A stretch of DNA of 63,283 nucleotides, the filler included, from Craspedostauros australis (lineage: Eukaryota), in assembly GCA_030167865.1 (NCBI GenBank). It is 9 parts of 9 records of this genome, joined end to end, with 100 filler letters (N's around TTAATTAATTAA, not from the genome) between each part and the next. Parts side by side here need not be neighbours in the genome. Positions count along the whole stretch, not along the records: positions 55,126 to 63,283 come from JALAGF010004363.1; 8 more parts are not named here. One strand, given 5' to 3'. Shown here in pieces: positions 55,884 to 63,283 of the stretch. The notes beneath the pieces are model-generated. The model was not told the DNA's origin. It searched no databases and was given only the letters and a program-made list of their open reading frames with translations. Positions within the stretch are counted from its first letter, which is position 1; every line of letters begins with the position of its first letter. The position numbers and the translations under genes are program-made.

Positions 55884-58156
55884 CTTTTGATGTCAGAATT
55901 GGCAAGACCAGGTACTTGATTAGACATAAACATGTGGTTTGCACCCACCATGGTACTTTGTTTGTTCCTACTATTCTTGAGCACTTAGTTAGTGCTCTCC
56001 TTTGTGTTTCTGTTTCTGTTTTTTCGTTGTTTTTTGGTGTTTGTTTTGGTTTTGTGCGTACTGTTGTTATGACCCACTTGAGTGACAGGACCTGCACTCC
56101 GTCCTGGAGGGGTGGCAACATACGGGGCTTTCAACTAAACCACTTACATATTCATAAACTAGATAAATATAAGAATCATAGTGGACGTCGATTTTTCTTA
56201 ATGCCTTACTTTAATTTTATCGACCATTGTAGATTTAAGGTCCACTTGGTCGAATATGCACACTGCTCCGTGATGACAGAAAGACATTTTATAGTTTTTC
56301 CGACGCAAACAACGAAATGTGCTCAGACACGTTCGCGAAAAACTTTATTAGAGGCCTATCGCATTTCACATTCACACCCCTGTGTTCATGTCACATGTGG
56401 CACTCACGTTCGGATTTCACATTGGTACTCGTGACTAGTTCGTGACCTACTCAGAAAGACGACCAACATGACTGAATCGGCTTCTCTTCTGTAGAATAGA
56501 GTTCGAGTTTAGGCTGTTATGATCTGAATGCTTCGTTGCAGGTTATCGCATCACTTGTTGAGACCAAAGGATGGTAGGGTCGTTAATGGGTGTGCTCTGA
56601 GTTGCACGCAACGCACATCCCTCTTTCTCCTCTTAGGAGCTTCTTGTAGTGAGAGTTTCGCTGCCATCTCTTCTGTCTCAACTTTGCCACTAACAGAGGT
56701 CCGGTAACATATGCGCAAGTATTTTGTCCCTGATAATTCATGGCTTGTTCAAGGCTCTGTTGCCAATATCGACGACAGAGACCTCTTGATCACCGTATCA
56801 TGGAGATAGATCAGCAGTTTGTTGTCCAATAGAAGCTCTTCACGCAGTCTACACAGAACTATTGCNNNNNNNNNNNNNNNNNNNNNNNNNCCACCAACGA
56901 CTTCCGATACGGCAGTCAGGATCTCCAAAGGATGCAAAATGCGCGTTGGTAGAAGTCCCTGGTCGTATCTGACGACACTAGTCTTCAGAGCATCAGGAAC
57001 ACGCCGCGGATGTTGTATCGGGTGAAATAGGATATGAGCAAAGATTCCTCAGCTGGATCATGAAAGGTGGCCTTTGCTACTTGCGTGCAGATATCATATG
57101 TGAAGCTTACAGGCATATTCGACATCGTAATCGCTCTCTATCGCTCCATGCACCCCTCATTCGGAATGCTAGTTTGATCATCTCTATCATCTCATAACAC
57201 GTATCATCAGCACGACAAGGACGACTCAAAATTGCTGCAAATGAAGAGAAATGATTGGCCATTGGTTTCGTTCCAACACGTGGAAGGTTGGATTGCCGGG
57301 ACTGCAATGTGAAACTCAATTGTGTTTTTGGCTCCTAAAACGCAATCGAGTTTCACTTTCCGAGGGGGAAATTCGCATGCTGCCCCTCTAAAAATGTCAT
57401 TATCAGGTTATTTTGTACCGTGGGACTCCCAATGTGAAATGCGATAGGCCTCTATTGACGGGTTGCGCACGGAATTTGACATTTCAGCGACGTCATTGTT
57501 CGACCTGTCCGAACACATCTTCTTTGCCGATAACCGTTATGAGACGTTGACCATCATATTCAAATTTGACTCTCGCCACATGTCACAAATCTCCTCACGT
57601 TTCAGCACAGAATCAACCTTTGCTTTCCGCAGTGGTGTGTTGGGCTTGTTGCATGTTCATGTAGTGTTTGTATTGTCACCTTCTTGCCCTCCTCCTGCTC
57701 AGTTCACTTTCATCACTAGTGGTCTTCTTCATCTACTCATCAGTATCAATCAGCATCATGCCCGTCTCTACCATGAAAGCTGCGTCGAAGGACGCCAATC
57801 CTCCTCCCTCCAAGAAGCAGCGTTTGCCATCCTCTCCATGTGTGCGCCTCTTCCCATCCGATCCTATTGATTGCAAGGAACTGTTCATGCCATCTACTGC
57901 TGAGAAACTGTTGCCTCCATTGGATATGGATGGTAAACAGCACATTCTGCCACCAACAACAGACAAGCTCTTGCCTCCTGTGCTCAAAGGTGCGACCTTC
58001 GACAACGAGTGAGACATTGAGATTCTTACCAACGACGAACAGAATCGCACACTCCAACAAAAACGCGACGAACATAACAAACACAAAATAACCCAACCAC
58101 CTACGAACACATGTTGGCAAGTTCCATGATTGGAAGCCTACGATCGTGGATGACGG

Positions 58157-58900
58157 TGTTGGTTGATAGTCGTTCTATTTGCTATTTCATTAGTTGGCAC
58201 TCCGATCCTCTCAGTGTACGCCTGTTCTCTTGCCCGATGCTCTCGGTGCTTCAATCTGTTTCATAGATTCAGTCTCCGACTATGAGTCGGTGAGCGAGAT
58301 GCTCTCTCGCTACTCTTCGTATTCTCTTTCTCTCTCAACATCGTGTGCTTCGTGCTACATGATATTCCGTGTTAGATGCGTGCTCCGCATTCGACACTCC
58401 GTTCATTCAGTACTGACTCCTACTCCATGAGTACTTACCATTTGAAGTTCACCTTCAGTATCCATGATCTTCATGGGTCATCTGATCTTCGCCTCCTGCT
58501 CTGACTTGGAGACAGATGTTGACATGGTGACATGATGACATCCTGTCAACGTCAGTAGGCGTCCTTCTGCTCTCCAGATGTCACGTTCCATTGGTGATGC
58601 AGGAGTCTGTCAGATGATATCGTCATCTGAGGTTTAGTTGGGAAGTACCTCGAGATTCTCTGGGTACCATTGATGGATGGACGGACGATCTTCTGATTCT
58701 CTCAGAAATCGTCGATTGCAAATTTCCTCAAAAATCTTGCTCATTTTCGTGTGTTCCATTTCCGCTGTAATTCTGACGAATCACAGCATACTATCGACAC
58801 GAGTGTAGTTATACCGTCCAAGTGCGTATGAGAGAATAACAGGTGAACGATGCACATATACACGTACATCTCGACATATACTCACATGTACATCTCGACA
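58157..58900. mobile_element. Probable solo LTR (TGTTGG...TCGACA) abutting the truncated gag
   Basis: TG...CA ends, non-coding, homologous to 24497-25090; 24-nt spaced duplication of TACATCTCGACA at the right end; no clean TSD, left boundary uncertain. Confidence 0.55.
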
Positions 58901-60583
58901 ATGGCCAGAACCGGACTCCTCACCATGACGTACATTGCTGACGACAACGCAGAGTCAGAGATGACCTGCGTCCTGGACTCACCAGCCGCCTTCACTCTTG
59001 AAGATGCCACCAAGCACTTCAACGAGTATCACCTGAAGTGGGATCACTACGACGTCCAGAACAACGAGACTGCCTCAGCGTTCTTCTGTGACAGTCTTGA
59101 TCCAGTCCTCGAAGACCAGCTCATGAACCGAATCGAGCCAAAGTTCCACGATAACTTCATCACTCATTTCGTTGAGTTCATGAACGGCAACTCGGCCAAC
59201 TTCTTAGATGAGCAAGACGCTCTCGCAGCCAAGATCCGCGGGGTCAACTGCAGAACCTTCCCAAACGAGAACGTTGGTCTCATGGCAGTCCACCTTTGTG
59301 CTCTTTGCAAGCGCCTCGACGACGCCGGTCGCTTCGACCTCCGTCTCCTCCAAACGATCCTCGATGCCTTCCTTCAGGCAGGAGGACAGATCCGGTCTGG
59401 TGAACAGTACCGACGTCCTCTCTATGTGATGAAGGATGACCTTGAGGAAATCCTCATGCGTCTCCCCGTCTTCACGTACGAGCACGCTCGCCCCCAACTT
59501 GCCGCAAAAGATCTCACATGGATGGCAATCTGCAACAAGGCCGAGTCGTCGTACGACAACGAGGTGCGCGGAAATCGCTGGCATGCCATCAGGCGTACCA
59601 AAGATAGCAACGTGCCCAGGTACTCGTACGCCAACAACGCCGTCAAGAATCCAAGCGCCAACGTCCTCGAGCAACACAAGGGTTTCTCCAGGAACAACGG
59701 AAAGAGAAACAACTCCAAGAAGCCCAAGGAACGCGATGCCAAACGCAACGCCGGCCAGGGCTGGTCATCCAAAGCTCCCAAGCCCGGTGAACCACAGCGC
59801 AAGCTTGTCAACAACAAGACTTTTATGTGGTGCTCCAAATGCCGCCGCTGGCGTCTCTCGCATAACACCAAGAGTCACCAGGACAACTTCAAGTTCAAGG
59901 CGAAGGCAAAAGGCAAGCATGTTCCCAAGCAGGACAACCTCTCCATCGACATGGCTGCGTGGACGTGCTTCACAGCCGCCTCCAGTCAAGACAAAGACAC
60001 CTGGTGGTCTCTCATCTGGAACCTCTTCACCTCCTTCAACTACTTCGGTAGCATCGTTGGAATGGTTCTCCTCTTCGCTTCACTCCAAGTCATCACCATC
60101 GGAGTAGAGTATGGGTGGTACATCGCGGCAGCTAACGCCTGGATGCTCATTGCCGTAACTCTACTACTCCTCCACACGAACGTTCCACAAAGACCCGACT
60201 CAATCAACTCTACTGATCTAGCCTATAACAAGGCACGAGTCAAGGAACGGATCAAGCAAGTACACAAACGTCCAACACACTTCAATGGGGCTGTGAAACG
60301 CAGTCTCTACGACCTCGTAATGGAAAGTCTCGACCCAGATGGACCCAAACCCGTGAACGTGTCGAAAGGAAACTCCCCACGAACAAAACGTGTGTGGCGT
60401 CCCCAAGCTCGGACCAAATCTCGCAATCACAGATCAAAACGTCGTCACTGGAATCAATCGAAAAATTCCACTTATGGTAAAAACAAACACTCACGACAGC
60501 AAAACTGCCCCGCCAGGAAGGTCGCACCTCATCCATCTCACGAAACCTCTGGAGCCTGTACCCAACTCGCGGAATCGACTTGA
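58901..60583 (+). pseudogene. Copia gag region (probably 5'-truncated) with Cx2Cx6Hx4H knuckle, hydrophobic block and basic tail
   Basis: WCSKCRRWRLSHNTKSH at 59828-59878; lies directly upstream of protease and integrase. Confidence 0.75.
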
Positions 60584-62904
60584 TGTATGATCGAAACCAA
60601 AAGCAACAATGTGACAATGACATGCCCGCACTACTCACTCTGCAAGGTCTAGCATCCTACTTCTCCAATCGCAATGCTTTTGCATCCCCAGCTAAAGCTG
60701 AGAGCTATCTTTCACCCGATGCTCCATTCGAACTTGTATGGGACAGCGGAGCGTCAATTTCTGTGACAAATGACCTCAACGATTTCTGTACTACTCCAAG
60801 CCCTCCACCAAGACCGACCTTTCTCAACGGATTCCTCAAGAAAATCTAAGTGAATGCGTTGGGAACCGTCGAATGGTATGTCCTTGACGTAACTGGAAGC
60901 CCTCGCAAATTGCAACTGCCTGCTTTCCATGTTCCTGAATCGAAGGTCAAGCTAATTAGCACTTCCAGTCTCCTTGAAGAGTATCAGGGCGAAACAATCG
61001 TATTCGACAAGTCCTCCTGCAAACTCAGCGGAATCCTGGGAAACGACGATCGCAATGCAATCGTAGCGAACTACAAGAAATCCACAAGGCTGCCAACATC
61101 CGTCAGCTACAGCGCCGACAACATCCATGACGTGCCAGCTGCACTAACGTCCATCGTCTCTACCGTGTCGGACCACAACGTGAACCTCACCCAACCGCAA
61201 AAGGAACTTCTTCGGTGGCACTATCGTCTCGGACATTTATCCTTCAGTCGAGTGAAGTTCCTGCTGCGTTCGGGTGCACTCACTGGGTCAAAATCGTCTA
61301 GAAAGATGCACACAGCTGCGGCAAGGGTCACAAGCCTTCCGCTCTGCGCCGCATGCCAATTCGGAAAGCTGCACCGTCGCCCTTCTCCAGGAATAACCCA
61401 ACATGTCATCCGTGACAAACAAGGAGTTTTGCGCACCGACCACTTGTTCCCGGGACAACAAGTATCAGTGGACCACTTCGTCGGTCGAACACCAGGACGC
61501 CTCTTCTCAGGACGAGGCAAGGGTGATCCAAACGAAATGTACAAGGGCGGAGCCATCTTTGTCGATCACGCTTCCGGATACATTCATGTGGACCCAGTGG
61601 CAGCGCTAACTACGCACGCCACCCTCGAAGCCAAAGAACGGTTCGAACTGATGTGTCAAGATGTGGGAGTCCACGTACGATCCTATCTATCGGACAACGC
61701 CACTACCTTCACCTCGCCCGAATACTCCAAGCACCTTGAGATATTCCATCAAGTCCATCGATTCGCAGGTGTCGGCGCACATCATCACAATGGAATAGCC
61801 GAGCGAAGCATACGAACAATCGTCTCAATGGCCTGAACCATGATGATGCATCAAAGCATTCATTGGCCAATGATGTTTGACGCTCAACTGTGGCCAATGG
61901 CCGTCGTACACGCCGCGTACATCTACAATCGCGTGCCTAACCCTGCCACAGGTCTCACACCTTACGATATTCTGTCACGCATCCGTCTTCCCCTCAAGCA
62001 ACTTCACAATCTGCACGTATGGGGCAGCCTGGTCTATGTTCTCAACAAAGCACTGGCCAACGGACGAAAGATACCCCGATGGGAACCGAGAGGAGAGAGA
62101 TACGTGAACATGGGTCTTTCTATGAAGCATGCTTCAACCGTACCTCTGGTCCTATCACCGCGGATGGGTTCTATAACTCCTCAGTTCCATGTTGTGTTCG
62201 ATGACTGGTTCGCAACAATCGCTACCAACTTGAAGCAACTTCCAAGCTATCAATCGGAAGAATGGACCCGAATGTTCGGTGACACCACCTTTCAATATCC
62301 ATTTGACGACGACGATGTGGAATCAATGGAGCAGGACGACATCTTCGCGTCAGACACGCGAGACCACAACCGGTTAAAACGCAAGGATGATCACACTCCA
62401 CCACAGGTAACTGAAACGCGAAGCTCACGCACTATTGGTGCAAGAGCGCCACAGGTATTGGCGAAAGAGTCGCAACCACTGATACAACAGATCCCGGATC
62501 TCATGAGTGAAACTCTCGCCCCTCCAATGTCAGTCTCAGAGGGAGCTAACAGGCAAACATCTTCGACAGAGGGAGCTATGGATGAGCCCCCGGTACCTGA
62601 GCCAACTATAGAGTCACCGGACCAGCGAACACTTCAACCGCAATCGAACTCACCTTCCCATGTGTTACCAAATTCAGGACCAGCAACTCCATTACCACGT
62701 CCAGCTCCGACGCCAATCGAAACAAGCTCCACGTCACCAATGATACCTAAGTCCGAGTCAACGCCAACAAGACCTCGAAGCACGAGAAGTCGCAAACAAC
62801 CAAAGCGATTCACGTATGCGCGTATGGGAGGCAAAGCCGCCTGGTTGGACGACGAAGATACTGACGATTACTACTTCTGTCCCGCAGTAGCTAGTGCCTC
62901 AAAG
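60580..62904 (+). pseudogene. Copia pol remnant (protease + integrase), two in-frame stops, RT/RNase H missing
   Basis: VWDSGAS; WHYRLGH...CAAC; VSVDH / LSDNA / IAERSI; ITPQFHVVFDDWF; stops at 60847-60849 and 61834-61836 in one frame. Confidence 0.92.
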
Positions 62905-62954
62905 AGCCGGCTGTAACCAATTTTTTTGGTTACAGTTGGTTACAGTTGGTTACA
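62905..62954. repeat. Inverted and tandem 10-mers CTGTAACCAA / (TTGGTTACAG)x3; possible DNA-transposon end
   Basis: Read directly; coincides with the end of copia-like sequence. Confidence 0.55.
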
Positions 62955-63283
62955 AGAAAAATGTCGTGTAGATCGTGGTACACGTTCTACTTAAGTCCCG
63001 AACAAAAAAAGGCCAAAAACAGCATCAACCAAAGTTAAACTCTCCGGACTTAGCTCGTATGGGCCATCCTGTACTCGTAATTATATTGTAGCATATTATA
63101 TAGTTTATATATACAATCCTAAAGTTTGGTGTCTGTCGCTCTCTTGCTCGGCGAGCAATGACACGATACGTCAAGCACCCCCATCATTCACGAATGCATT
63201 TGGGTATTCGAGACGTGTTTGGGCACCACAGGCACGTTTGGAATCGTCACACACATCATCTTCGCTTCCCCTCCTCACAATTT

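Noticed and set aside
58901..58915. A-TGGCCAGAACC after the LTR-like CA as a PBS
   Set aside because: I cannot match it to a tRNA 3' end, and it reads as in-frame Gag-like coding sequence (MARTGLLTMTY).

Overview
This window is not one locus. It is nine contigs joined by artificial 100-nt spacers (44 N + TTAATTAATTAA + 44 N): 1-4158, 4259-10651, 10752-23187, 23288-26443, 26544-36493, 36594-48004, 48105-50636, 50737-55025 and 55126-63283. The GT-AG introns and gene families point to a eukaryote, most likely a diatom (inference). It contains three distinct stand-alone STAND/AAA_16 (COG3899-like) ATPase genes with helical-repeat tails, one of them duplicated. It also has an intact Ty1/copia element present as two identical internal regions sharing one LTR, a secreted PT-repeat/FG-GAP protein, a purple acid phosphatase with a His-rich insert, and a membrane class III cyclase fused to a phosphodiesterase. 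Other elements are two divergent Snf7/ESCRT-III-like exons, a T-poor satellite, a diverged LTR-like repeat shared between two contigs, and a decayed second copia element. The most interesting signals are (i) a putative Tudor-like plus chromodomain-like module at the C-terminus of the copia integrase, (ii) three contigs with exact terminal direct repeats, indicating tandem amplification, circles or assembly loops, (iii) mosaic STAND paralogues that lack any output domain, and (iv) a transmembrane block between Gag and protease in the second copia. All domain calls come from motif reading by eye; no searches were run.
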